Part shown: piece after piece, positions 40,660-53,390 of the stretch
Layout: each line of letters opens with the position of its first letter
How positions within the stretch are numbered: the stretch's first letter is position 1
Source of the DNA: Convolutriloba macropyga
Lineage: Eukaryota
DNA length: 64,000 nucleotides
Assembly: GCF_964194025.1 (NCBI RefSeq)
Contig: NC_134477.1
Location: forward strand, 1,612,001-1,676,000
Direction of reading: 5' to 3'
Position numbers and translations under genes: made by a program
The notes under the pieces: model-generated
Seen by the model: only the letters and a program-made list of their open reading frames with translations
Database searches by the model: none
Told to the model about the DNA's origin: nothing

Positions 40660-43600
40660 TTCGGAAATGGAATCGTTCATTGGGAGAAATAATTGCAAAA
40701 ACTACCCAACCAAAATATGTGGTCAGTTGTATAATATTTCAGTCACCCTGACAACTTTGGAGATTAAAAGTTTCTCGCAACCAAAAGCTGCCCTTCTTAG
40801 GTTTACCAACTGTTTAACAGAAAAAAAGACGCAATTTCAATCATTTTATTTTTCAGGAAAAATGGTAACCTTAAAGGGGTTCATAAATCCTTTTTGGCGT
40901 TTTATGTAAAGCAAGACACCAAAGGTTTTATCGTTTTGTTTTTTTAACCTTTAATGAATCTAAAACTGGGCTTTGTAACTGATTTATTGTTGAACAGAAA
41001 ATAACAGATGTTGAATTTGCCAGCACCTTTATGAAAATTGGTAACAATAAAACGGTCCATAGTCATTTTTTTATAGCATTTCATGTTAAGTAAGCCGAAC
41101 TCTTATGATGTATATATGGCGTTTTATGATTGTTAAATTTCTTTTGTTGTGGTCAACCCTGGCATACTTTACATTGGCCAAAGTCATATAATACAGGCTG
41201 TGAACGTAGCCGACCTCAATGTCCGTCTAAACTCAATAATGGTCTTTAATAGTATTTTTAAATGGTTGACCACTCATCACAGGTAAGACAACCCAATAAT
41301 TCTTTAAGAACTCAAAACAACCTGTTCCTTGACCTTTGCATGGTTACAACGTCATAAGCAACTTTGAAAAAAAATAGAGCTGGCAACTTTTGAGGCGTAG
41401 ATTAAACAGATAATTTGGGGAATTGATTAATTCCAGAAAACAAGAAAAATTTTTCGTACCTGAATTTGAGACATCGGCTAATGCTGGAAAACCGCTGTCT
41501 GTACGTGTTAGAGGACACCGGAATAAGACAAATGTCATCCTCTAAGTGGCTCAAGTGGACGCTTTTGTACAAATGAATACTGCACCATATCAACTGAAAA
41601 CTCAAATTTAACCGAGATTTGAGGAAAATAAAACATCTTCAACAACTAGTACTAAAGCAGGAGCATTTCAGAAACATTGGAAACTACCTTGACAGAAGTC
41701 CCCAAGGTCATGGCGGTCTTTTTTGACACTTTAGGTCACATCAAAAAAGTGAAATTGTTATATATCTACAACTATGCAAATCATAAGAGACGATAATTTA
41801 CCCTCAAACTGAATGCCCCGAGAAAAACTGCTTCGAAAAAACAATACTTCAGAAAATTTTTTATTTAGGAAATGGTCGAGAATAAAATTTATTTTTGTTA
41901 CCTCGATCTGCAGAGTCTCAGAGGACTTTCATGAGATTTTTAGCTTTGTTGCAGAGTTTTGCTACAATTTTTTTTACCAGATGATTGAAAAAAATTGATA
42001 TATAAATTCCTTGTACATTCGAAACGAATTTTCCTGAACATTCAAGGCATATTGCTGCCATTACTGAAATTTAACCTACTCTTAGCTTACTTGTGATGAC
42101 TCAAGTTGTTGTAGATTCCTTGTTTGTTTACTCTCCTGCAAGTGTCCATCCAAGCTTTGTCTTTACTCCAAAGGGGCGGATTCCGGTGCCTTGAATTACT
42201 TCAGTAGGATGCGTAAAAGCAAAAGCATTGACACCAAGGAGTGCTCCAATCTTACCTTCGGCAATGTCTGGGAAATATATGTGTCGAAGTTCATTGAATG
42301 CATCGCAAACATAGTTTAGCTCAGTGACATTGGCTGCATTAACGTTTAATGTAGGGGTGCTGTAGGCTCTGGATATTTGGAATTTTTCATCAAACTGGTT
42401 GAAAGGGCAAACTGTTATTGGTTGCTTTATTTTTGATAGAGGCATTTCGTAATCAACGCTTAGATATTGAACAGTAGTTGAAGATTGATATTCGCGTGGG
42501 AGTTCCAGGTAGTCAGAAACAGCATCAAATAAAAACGTAAACTGACTGCCTGGGTCAATGAGAGCATACGTGCCGAATACTTTATCTTCTTTGATAAAGG
42601 ATACTGGCAGCAGCTGTAACTGCTCAATCCAATCTTTCGGTGTACTGGATATTTGGTTGACATTAAAATTTTGGCTGGTAGGAGGTTCATTCAAATTTGC
42701 ACGTTTCGATGACTGTTGATTATCATTATTTCCAAAATTTTTTTCTTTATCTGAGATTGCTTTTGAGTTTGAATTGTGTTATTTTATTCTGAGTTGCTTC
42801 ACTAATTTTTTGCGTTTGTGAGTTGTTGTCGTCTTTCGATGACCAATTTTGTTGACCTGAGGTTTTAGTTTTCTGTTGGACGTTGCTGGTAGTAAAAGCG
42901 GCATGTGTTCTGCTGAATTGTTTAGCTGGATTATGTAGTGTTGTATGGGGAAAACCATTACACACTTGACAACGCTTCGAGGAGGGACAAGTGTCTCTGC
43001 GACGTTGATTATTTAAACAGTTTGTACACAAGCTATTTTTCTGGATAGTTTAAAATCGACCTTCAGGGGACAATATATGGTAGTCTGAACAAGTTGCAAC
43101 AAAATGCGGTTTGTGACATTGAACACAGTTTGTGTGCTTGTTTGCAAACTGTTGCTCATTTTTCGAGCCGTTGTGATTAACCTTTCGTTGATCTAAATCG
43201 TTCCTTTGAGACTGTCTTGCAATTGTTTGCTTAAACTGTTCTTGAACCGATTGTTGTGCTGTCGCAGCAGGATAATTACCGTTTTTATTGTGAGTGAAGG
43301 TACTGGTTCCATTTTCCTGTTTTACTTTGTCATAAACCCTTGCTTGAACATCAAGCCTTTTTTGAAACTCAACAAGGGTAGTTGTTATAACACTCTGTCA
43401 GGGTGTATTCAGTCCATTTAAGAAGCAAGTTGTGGGGAATTTTTTCCTTCGCTTTCCTCAATAAAGTAGACGATTGAAGGTCGGCTTGAAAACCTAGGTT
43501 CTGAAAAACTGGACAAGTCTCTTTAGAAATGAAGAGAATGCTATGAAGGATTGCTTATTGTAAGAACTATTATTTTTCCAGCTCTCTAATTGGTTGATAA

Positions 43601-46600
43601 AATCGTTGACAACAACTGAAGGGTCGCCAAAGCGGCTCATTATCTCGTTTAGGGTTGTATTATAATAGGATGGATCACAAGAGTAAGCATGTATCAGATC
43701 CTTTGCCTTACCCGACACTGAATTCTGTAGGTATGTTATTCTGTGTGTGTCAGTAATTGAAATGCTATTGTGAACCATTGCGCAAAAATTATTTATCCAC
43801 TCGTGATAGTGCATGGGGTTACCATTAAAATTTTGCAATTCTAATGGCGGCAAATTGATCGAGCATTTTAGGTCGACGGATGTTGGCTGAAGTTCACTAT
43901 TGGTCATTGAGGGGACAAATTGTCCAGCTGTAGCAAACACTGGAGCCTGATGCCGCCTTACGCTTGAAGCTGGCAAGATGTTAGTTGGATAAAGATTAGG
44001 TAGAGGGGGAGGTCGCCAGTGAGAAATTTCGTCGTTTGAATGTAAAAAATAATACAGACCATCGGTTCCCGAGTTACGATTAAAACGGACGTACAGTTAG
44101 GTCTTTGAGCCCAGTTGGAGCACAAAGAAATCTTAATCTCTCTTTTAAACAAAAAGAACAATAAAATGTTGGCGTTTGAAAAACAATTTGAAAGTGGCAT
44201 CCTGAAAAGTTCATTGACAGTACCAAATTAATGACTTGAATACAGTGAAAACAAAAGAGATACGTTGATTGTTCGGATGTAGTAACTATTTGATTCGGAA
44301 ATGGAATCGTTCATTGGGAGAAATAATTGCAAAAACTACCCAACCAAAAGATGTGGTCAGTTGTATAATATTTCAGTCACCCTGACAACTTTGGAGATTA
44401 AAAGTTTCTCGCAACCAAAAGCTGCCCTTCTTAGGTTTACCAATTGTTTAACAGAAAAAAAGACGCAATTTCAATCATTTTATTTTTCAGGAAAAATGAT
44501 AACCTTAAAGGGGTTCATAAATCCTTTTTTGGCGTTTTATGTAAAGCAAGACACCAAAGGTTTGATCGTTTTGTTTTTTTTTACCTTTAATGAATCTAAA
44601 ACTGGGCTTTGTAACGGATTTATTGTTGAACAGAAAATAACAAATGTTGAATTTGCCAGCACCTTTATGAAAATTGGTAACAATAAAACGGTCCATGGTC
44701 ATTTTTTTATAGCATTTCATGTTAAGTAAGCCGAACTCTTATGATGTATATATGGCGTTTTATGATTGTTAAATTTCTTTTGTTGTGGTCAACCCTGGCA
44801 TACTTTACATTGGCCAAAGTCATATAATACAGGCTGTGAACGTAGCCGACCTCAATGTCCGTCTAAACTCAATAATGGTCTTTGATAGTATTTTTAAATG
44901 GTTGACCACTCATCACAGGTAAGACAACCCAATAATTCTTTAAGAACTCAAAACAACCTGTTCCTTGACCTTTGCATGGTTACAACGTCATAAGCAACTT
45001 TGAAAAAAAATAGAGCTGGCAACTTTTGAGGCGAAGATTAAACAGATAATTTGGGGAATTGATTAATTCCAGAAAACAAGAAAAATTTTTCGTACCTGAA
45101 TTTGAGACATCGGCTAATGCTGGAAAACCGCTGTCTGTACGTGTTAGAGGACACCGGAATAAGACAAATGTCATCCTCTAAGTGGCTCAAGTGGACGCTT
45201 TTGTACAAATGAATACTGCACCATATCAACTGAAAACTCAAATTTAACCGAGATGTGAGGAAAATAAAACATCTTCAACAACTAGTACTAAAGCAGGAGC
45301 ATTTCAGAAACATTGGAAACTACCTTGACAGAAGTCACCAAGGTCATGGCGGTCTTTTTTGACACTTTAGGTCACATCAAAAAAGTGAAATTGTTATATA
45401 TCTACAACTATGCAAATCATAAGAGACGATAATTCACCCTCAAACTGAATGCCCCGAGAAAAACTGCTTCGAAAAAACAATACTTCAGAAAATGTTTAAT
45501 TTAGGAAATGGTCGAGAATAAAATTTATTTTTGTTACCTCGATCTGCAGAGTCTCAGAGGACTTTCATGAGATTTTTAGCTTTGTTGCAGAGTTTTGCTA
45601 CAATTTTTTTTACCAGATGATTGAAAAAAATTGATAAATAAATTCTTTGTACATTCGAAACGAATTTTACTGAACATCCAAGGCATATTGCTGCCCTTAC
45701 TGAAATTTAACCTACTCTTAGCTTACTTGTGATGACTCAAGTTGTTGTAGATTCCTTGTTTGTTTACTCTCCTGCAAGTGTCCATCCAAGCTTTGTCTTT
45801 ACTCCAAAGGGGCGGATTCCGGTGCCTTGAATTACTTCAGTAGGATGCGTAAAAGCAAAAGCATTGACACCAAGGAGTGCTCCAATCTTACCTTCGGCAA
45901 TGTCTGGGAAATATATGTGTCGAAGTTCATTGAATGCATCGCAAACATAGTTTAGCTTAGTGACATTGGCTGCATTAACGTTTAATGTAGGGGTGCTGTA
46001 GGCTCTGGATATTTGGAATTTTTCATCAAACTGATTGAAAGGGCAAACTGTTATTGGTTGCTTTATTTTTGATAGAGGCATTTCGTAATCAACGCTTAGA
46101 TATTGAACAGTAGTTGAAGATTGATATTCGCTTGGGAGTTCCAGGTAGTCAGAAACAGCATCAAATAAATACGTAAACTGACTGCCGGGGTCAATGAGAG
46201 CATACGTGCCGTATACTTTATCTTCTTTGATAAAGGATACTGGCAGCAGCTGTAACTGCTCAATCCAATCTTTCGGTGTACTGGATATTTGGTTGACATT
46301 AAAATTTTGGCTGGTAGAAGTTTCATTCAAATTTGCACGTTTCGATGACTGTTGATTATCATTATTTCCAAAATTTTTTTCTGTATCTGAGATTGCTTTT
46401 GAGTTTGAATTGTGTTATTTTATTCTGAGTTGCTTCACTAATTTTTGGCGTTTGTGAGTTGTTGTCGTCTTTCGATGACCAATTTTGTTGACCTGAGGTT
46501 TTAGTTTTCTGTTGGACGTTGCTGGTAGTAAAAGCGGCATGTGTTCTGCTGAATTGTTTAGCTGGATTATGTAGTGTTGTATGGGGAAAACCATTACACA

Positions 46601-47680
46601 CTTGACAACGCTTCGAGGAGGGACAAGTGTCTCTGCGACGTTGATTATTTAAACAGTTTGTACACAAGCTATTTTTCTGGATAGTTTAAAATCGACCTTC
46701 AGGGGACAATATATGGTAGTCTGAACAAGTTGCAACAAAATGCGGTTTGTGACATTGAACACAGTTTGTGTGCTTGTTTGCAAACTGTTGCTCATTTTTC
46801 GAGCCGTTGTGATTAACCTTTCGTTGATCTAAATCGTTCCTTTGAGACTGTCTTGCAGTTGTTTGCTTAAACTGTTCTTGAACCGATTGTTGTGCTGTCA
46901 CAGCAGGATAATTACCGTTTTTATTGTGAGTGAAGGTACTGTTTCCATTTTCCTGTTTTACTTTGTCATAAACCCTTGCTTGAACATCAAGCCGTTTTTG
47001 AAACTCAACAAGGGTAGTTGTTATAACACTCTGTCAGGGTGTATTCAGTCCATTTAAGAAGCAAGTTGTGGGGAATTTTTTCCTTCGCTTTCCTCAATAA
47101 AGTAGACGATTGAAGGTCGGCTTGAAAACCTAGGTTCTGAAAAACTGGACAAGTCTCTTTAGAAATGAAGAGAATGCTATGAAGGATTGCTTATTGTAAG
47201 AAGTATTATTTTTCCAGCTCTCTAATTGGTTGATAAAATTGTTGACAACAACTGAAGGGTCGCCAAAGCGGCTCATTATCTCGTTGAGGGTTGTATTATA
47301 ATAGGATGGATCACAAGAGTAAGCATGTATCAGATCCTTTGCCTTACCCGACACTGAATTCTGTAGGTATGTTATTCTGTGTGTGTCAGTAATTGAAATG
47401 CTATTGTGAACCATTGCGAAAAAATTATTTATCCACTCGTGATAGTGCATGGGGTTACCATTAAAATTTTGCAATTCTAATGGCGGCAAATTGATCGAGC
47501 ATTTTAGGTCGACGGATGTTGGCTGAAGTTCACTATTGGTCATTGAGGGGACAAATTGTCCAGCTGTAGCAAACAATGGAGCCTGATGCTGCCTTACGCT
47601 TGAAGCTGGCAAGATGTTTAGTTGGATAAAGATTAGGTAGAGGGGGAGGTCGCCAGTGAGAAATTTCGTCGTTTGAATGA
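40402..47680. repeat. 3.63-kb near-identical tandem duplication
   Basis: 40667 matches 44301 and 42128 matches 45764. The junction at ~44042 joins BEL gag sequence (GTCGTTTGAATG) to macro-repeat sequence (AAAAAATAATACAGACC). Confidence 0.95.
42090..44042 (-). mobile_element. BEL/Pao gag-protease fragment (duplicate copy)
   Basis: DUF1759-type LPPLELQNFNGNP..Y.EW...YLQNSVSGKAK...RFG, three Cys/His knuckles, protease YALIDPGSQFT and KTKLGWTLAGE. Confidence 0.9.
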
Positions 47681-49250
47681 CTTTGATTTACAGCGGGTTC
47701 AGCTGCCATGTTCCTGATGGATAAAGGATATGATAAATAAGGGTTTGTGTTGTTCTGACCAATATCCACCATACTGGTTTGAGTAGCCGGATTGAAGCTA
47801 TGGACTGGTTTGTTCGCTTCTTGAGCGGTTGTGGAATGCGCTGTAAGAAGTTGTAGATCGCTCTGCACTGACTGGATGTTTGCTTGCGCTGGGGTAGTGG
47901 ATGGGCAAACAGGAGGCCTTTGAACTGCTAAACCTTGAATTGGGAAGCTGTTTGTCAAGGTTGTGTTTTTTACAGAATCATTGGGACCGATGTTGAAAGA
48001 ACTGACACGTTGCACAAAACTGTTTTCAGGCTTTGAGGTTTGAGTTGAACATCTTTTTCTTTCGAAAAACAATAGCTCCGGACATCCGAAACTACGTTTG
48101 CAGCTGTTGTTGACTGTAGATTGTTTGTGAAACAATAATGCATAGGCTGAACGTAGTTTTGTTTAGATGAGTGAGGGTTTTGATCTATTGTCAAGTATTC
48201 AGGTCCATGATTAAGAGGCTTGTCAATAATTGCTTTGCCAAGGAATGAGTTTCCACATTCAGCTTGAAGGGTTGGACAAGGTACGTTGACGTTTTGGAAG
48301 TCTCTCTGCCTATCAGGGGTCAAAGATAAACTGAAACGATTAACAAACTGCTTTTGTTTGGATTGAGAACCGCTGAACTCTAAATCCTTTGCCGTTAGAA
48401 AATTGGGTTCTTGGTTCAACTGATGATCCAAGTTTGGCATGTTGAGAGGCGGCAAAATTAAGGTTTCTTGCTGATGATAAGCATTGAATTCTTCTGGGGT
48501 GTTTGATGCCATTGGATGATAATGACTAGCATGATGTGTTGAGTTGGAGTCAACAAACTGGTTTCTGTTCTGTTGATGGAAATTTTGTTGTTGATTTATC
48601 AAATGGCTAATTAGAGGATCCTGGATTTGCTGGTTGTTCAGGAACATCGATGGCTTCACTGGTCTTGGCGGAATGGGCGGTGGATTAATGAAGACTGTTG
48701 TGTCGTTCGGTTGTGAACTGGCTGCTTGCTCGACAAATGTTTCTTCAGTGATAACATTACGTGTTGGTGTTGATCGTTCTGAATCCAGTCGTCGGCTGCT
48801 TGGGCGAGAGGGAATTGTGACGTCATCGCGAAGTCTTGTTGAGGACTGGCTTAATAGACCATCATCGTCCAATGTGTCAACTTCCAGTTCGGATTGCTGC
48901 AGTCTGGATGTTAAGGCTTTCTGTCTGTCGAGAATCGAAGTTGCTGTACTCTGGTGAGGCTTCGCCTTCAACACTGCTTCTGTCTTCTTGTCCAATTCTG
49001 TTTGCAGCGTTTTGGTTCTGCTTATCAGTAGATTTAATGATCGGAAGCTCTTTCTATCGTCTATTGCCTTCTGTAACAAATCAATCTGGCTTTTCAAAGA
49101 ACTTTCCGTTCATTTAAACATTTTTACTGCAAACTGACACTCGTCGTTGTTCCTTTGCGACATCTTTGATCTCTGTTGTTGTTTTTGTTGTTATGCTTTT
49201 CTTTCAGGTTAAAATGAAAACGGCTAAAAACCGGAGCGACGAACTTTTGA
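45725..49250 (-). mobile_element. BEL/Pao LTR retrotransposon remnant: gag + protease, truncated before RT, no LTR seen
   Basis: Frameshifted chain of ORFs 47970-49097, 47533-48135, 47130-47612, 46686-46901, 46362-46667 and 45764-46330, with the BEL gag domain, CVQCHKPH/CTNCL/CQVCNG..HTTLH knuckles and the DPGS protease. Confidence 0.92.
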
Positions 49251-49306
49251 TGTCAAAATCTATATTGGCTAATCAGCCAAAAAATTTCCTATAAAAGTTC
49301 AGCGAC

Positions 49307-52300
49307 GCAAATTTTTTCAAAAACAAGAATCCTAAGGTTGTGGTGGTGCTAATTATAGTCGATTTTGTTTGTTAAAAAAGAAAAAAAAAACTCGTTCGAA
49401 CATTTATCGTCTTATTTTTTTTTAACAGGACCAAATAACTGCTACGAATAGATTTTCATTTTTGTTTTCAAGTAGTTTTTTTTTTCTTCGGACAATGACT
49501 GTAAACTTTAGTTAGTGCTTTCTTCCTGAATGTAAGCAAAAAACAATTAGTTCTACTGTTTTAGTTTTACGAGAAGCCCAAAAGGAGGTTGCTGAAAAAA
49601 ATTATATCATATTTTTTTTTTTGCGGAGCGACTAGGCAACGAGGGTTACAAGAAAAAACGTTGGTTGTTGAGTTGACTCTGTGTTGATTTAGGAAAACCC
49701 ACTAAGGACTTTACTGTGTAGAAGTGCTTGAGGTGCTTGAGAGCTGTTTTGCTCTTCCTTAAATAATTGAAATCTTCTAAATGGGGTGACTACTGATACC
49801 AAAAAGAAAAGGCTTCTCATTTTACAATGGTGACTTCTGAAACCAGTAAAAATTATCGATTTCTTCTCGGTAACTACTGGAACCGTGCGAAATTTGTTCT
49901 TCTGATTGGTGACTACTGAGACCAGCAGGGAATAGGGACTTCTTCTCGGTGACGTTTGTGACCGCGGACAAGGAATAAATTAAACGGTTCTTAAAGTTAA
50001 CAGGGGAAAACTTTTGCGTTTTTTTTGCTGAAGGCTTTATTTTATATATATCGTTTTGCAAATCTTCCAAAAAATCAGAACTTTGTTCTAGCTGGGAAGT
50101 TGTTTTATGTGTTTTGCTATCTTTATCGGAGGTGTTCTTGGGATTTTGTAATAAGAGTTTTCTATTTTTAAAGAAACCTGTTTCGAACTTTTTTCTGTAA
50201 CTCTTATTGAATCCAGACTCCGAATTTAATATATTCGAAAAGAAAAATTTTGAGACAATTTCAAAATCTTACTCAAAAAAAAGAGTTAGACTGTTTGATT
50301 TACAATTTAGATTTTTTTTGTGCAGTCCGAAAATCGAAACCGTTTTTCTTTTCTTTTTTCGAAAGGCCTTTTTAACTTCTCTTTCTTTTTTTGGAAGACT
50401 GACTAATATATCTACTAAATATCAACTTTTGGCAATTGCACGGTAAGTCAGAGGGCTAGTTTGACAACTTGGTTTGCTTTTCAAGGCGATGTGTAGTCAG
50501 AAAAATAAACTATTTTTCTGAATTTTTTCTGATTTCAAAGAAGTTTTCTTGGCAATTCGCGTTATTGAGATCGCAATTCAATGTATTGACCTATATAGCT
50601 TTCTCTCCAGTGAAAACTTAACACAGGGCTAGCATAAGAGTTCAAACTGCAAATAGACAGGATATAAGGTCAGGAAATCAAAAGGAGTTTTTTTTCTGGC
50701 TTCAGAAAAAATTTTAAAAAAACTCCTGATCTTTCTAGTTTTTGAGATCCCAGTGTACTATATCGACTAAAAACAATTTTCTGGCTAATGCAAAACTAAC
50801 TCACAAAGATAGTTTAAGAGCTGATTATGTGAATTAATAGGGTATGGGGGTCAGAAAAACGAAATGAGTTTTTTTTTTATTTTTCTGACTTCAGAAAAAA
50901 TTTTCTGACATTTCACGTGTTTGATGACTTAGTATACTAAATCGACCAAAATAGCTTCCTGGCTACTGCAAAACTAACTCACAAAGACAGTTTAAGAGTT
51001 TTTTTGTGACTCAATATGATATGGGTCCAGAAAATCAATATGGGTTCTTTTATTTTTCTGATTTCAGAAAAAATTTTCTGACAATTCTCGCAAATTTTTT
51101 CAAAAAAAAGAATCCTAAGGTTGTGGTGGTGCTAATTATAGTAGATTTTATTTGCTAAAAAAGAAAAAAAAACTCGTTCGAACGTTTATCGTCTTATTTT
51201 TTTTTTTAACAAGACCAAATAACTGCTACGAATAGATTTTCTTTTTTGTTTTCAAATAGTTTTTTTTCTTCGGACAATGACTGTAAACTTTAGTTAGTGC
51301 TTTCTTCCTGAATGTAAGCAAAAAACAATTAGTTCTACTGTTTTAGTTTTACGAGAAGCCCAAAAGGAGGTTGCTGAAAAAAATTATATCATATTTTTTT
51401 TTTTGCGGAGCGACTAGGCAACGAGGGTTACAAGAAAAAACGTTGGTTGTTGAGTTGACTCTGTGTTGATTTAGGAAAACCCACTAAGGACTTTACTGTG
51501 TAGAAGTGCTTGAGGTGCTTGAGAGCTGTTTTGCTCTTCCTTAAATAATTGAAATCTTCTAAATGGGGTGACTACTGATACCAAAAAGAAAAGGCTTCTC
51601 ATTTTACAATGGTGACTTCTGAAACCAGTAAAAATTATCGATTTCTTCTCGGTAACTACTGGAACCGTGCGAAATTTGTTCTTCTGATTGGTGACTACTG
51701 AGACCAGCAGGGAATAGGGACTTCTTCTCGGTGACGTTTGTGACCGCGGACAAGGAATAAATTAAACGGTTCTTAAAGTTAACAGGGGAAAACTTTTGCG
51801 TTTTTTTTGCTGAAGGCTTTATTTTATATATATCGTTTTGCAAATCTTCCAAAAAATCAGAACTTTGTTCTAGCTGGGAAGTTGTTTTATGTGTTTTGCT
51901 ATCTTTATCGGAGGTGTTCTTGGGATTTTGTAATAAGAGTTTTCTATTTTTAAAGAAACCTGTTTCGAACTTTTTTCTGTAACTCTTATTGAATCCAGAC
52001 TCCGAATTTAATATATTCGAAAAGAAAAATTTTGAGACAATTTCAAAATCTTACTCAAAGAAAGAGTTAGACTGTTTTATTTACAATTTAGGTTTTTTTT
52101 GTGCAGTCCGAAAATCGAAACCATTTTTCTTTTCTTTTTTCGAATGGACTTTTTAACTTCTCTTTCTTTTTTTTTGAGGCTGACTAATTATCTACTAAAT
52201 ATCAACTTTTGGCAATTGCACGGTAAGTCAGAGGGCTAGTTTGACAACTTGGTTTGCTTTTCAAGGCGATGTGTAGTCAGAAAAATAAACTATTTTTCTG

Positions 52301-52870
52301 AACTTTTTCTGTTTTCAAAGAAGTTTTCTTGGCAATTCGCGTTATTGAGATCGCAATTCAATGTATTGACCTAAATGACTTTCTCTCCAGTGTAAACTTA
52401 ACACAGGGCTAGCATAAGAGTTCAAACTGCAAATAGACAGGATATAAGGTCAGGAAATCAAAAGGAGTTTTTTTTCTGGCTTCAGAAAAAATTTTAAAAA
52501 AACTCCTGATCTTTCTAGTTTTTGAGATCCCAGTGTACTATATCGACTAAAAACAATTTTCTGGCTAATGCAAAACTAACTCACAAAGATAGTTTAAGAG
52601 CTGATTATGTGAATTAATAGGGTATGGGGGTCAGAAAAACGAAATGGGTTTTTTTGATTTTTCTGATTTTTTGAAAAAATTTTCTGACATTTCTCGTGTT
52701 TGATGACTTAGTACACTAAATCAACCAAAATAGCTTTCTGGCTACTGCAAAACTAACTCACAAAGACAGTTTAAGAGTTTTTTTGTGACTCAATAGCATG
52801 TGGGTTCAGAAAATCAAAATGGTTTTTTTGATTTTTCTGATTTCAGAAAAAAATTTTCTGTCAATTCTCG
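49307..52870. repeat. 1.78-kb near-identical tandem duplication
   Basis: CGCAAATTTTTTCAAAAA..AGAATCCTAAGG at ~49307 and ~51090; identical ORFs at 49822 and 51604 (offset 1782). Confidence 0.95.
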
Positions 52871-53390
52871 TTTTTGATGACTCAGTATACTATATCGACC
52901 AAAATAGCTTTCTGGCTACTGCAAAACTAACTCACAAAGATAGTTTAAGAGTTTATTTTGTGAATCAATATGATATGGGGCCAGAAAATAAAAATGTTTT
53001 TTTTTATTTTTCTGATTTCAGAAAAAATTTTCTGACAATTCTCGTTTTTGATGACTCAGTATACTATATCGACCGAAATAGCTTTCTGGCTACTGCAAAA
53101 CTAATTCACAAAGATAGTTTAAGAGTTTATTTTGCGAATCAATAAGATATGGGGTCAGAAAATCAAAATGGGTTTTTTGATTTTTTTGATTTCAGAAAAA
53201 ATTTTCTTTGTTGTTTTCTTGTTTTTAAGACGCCAGTATGATACATCGACTAGAATGGCCTTCTCGCTATTTGAAAACTAGCTCAAAAAAATATTTCGAA
53301 GGCTTTTTTGGTATTTCATTAGAATATGCAATCAGAAAATCAAAACGGATTTTTTGATTTTTCTGATTTTGCGACCGTTTTTCTGACTTT
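52280..53390. repeat. ~175-bp satellite (also at 50500-51090)
   Basis: TCAGAAAAAATTTTCTGACAATTCTCGTTTTTGATGACTCAGTATACTATATCGACCAAAATAGC... repeats at 175-bp spacing (52843, 53018). Confidence 0.9.

Larger units (their letters stand above)
27450..41800 (+). pseudogene. Decayed multi-exon gene, tentatively tyrosine-recombinase-like (transposon-derived), with its interior tandemly amplified
   Basis: Plus-strand splice sites bound the conserved blocks (e.g. 39676-40000, 41197-41282). Reconstructed motifs KLGYRSG*FKTVLISE and FFV..SANAGKPLS...RDLRK...IGNYLDRS/PKVMAVFFD. Confidence 0.4.

Noticed and set aside
40660-42090. Continuation of BEL pol (RT/RNase H)
   Set aside because: No RT motifs on the minus strand; the sequence fits plus-strand exons continuing from the macro-repeat.
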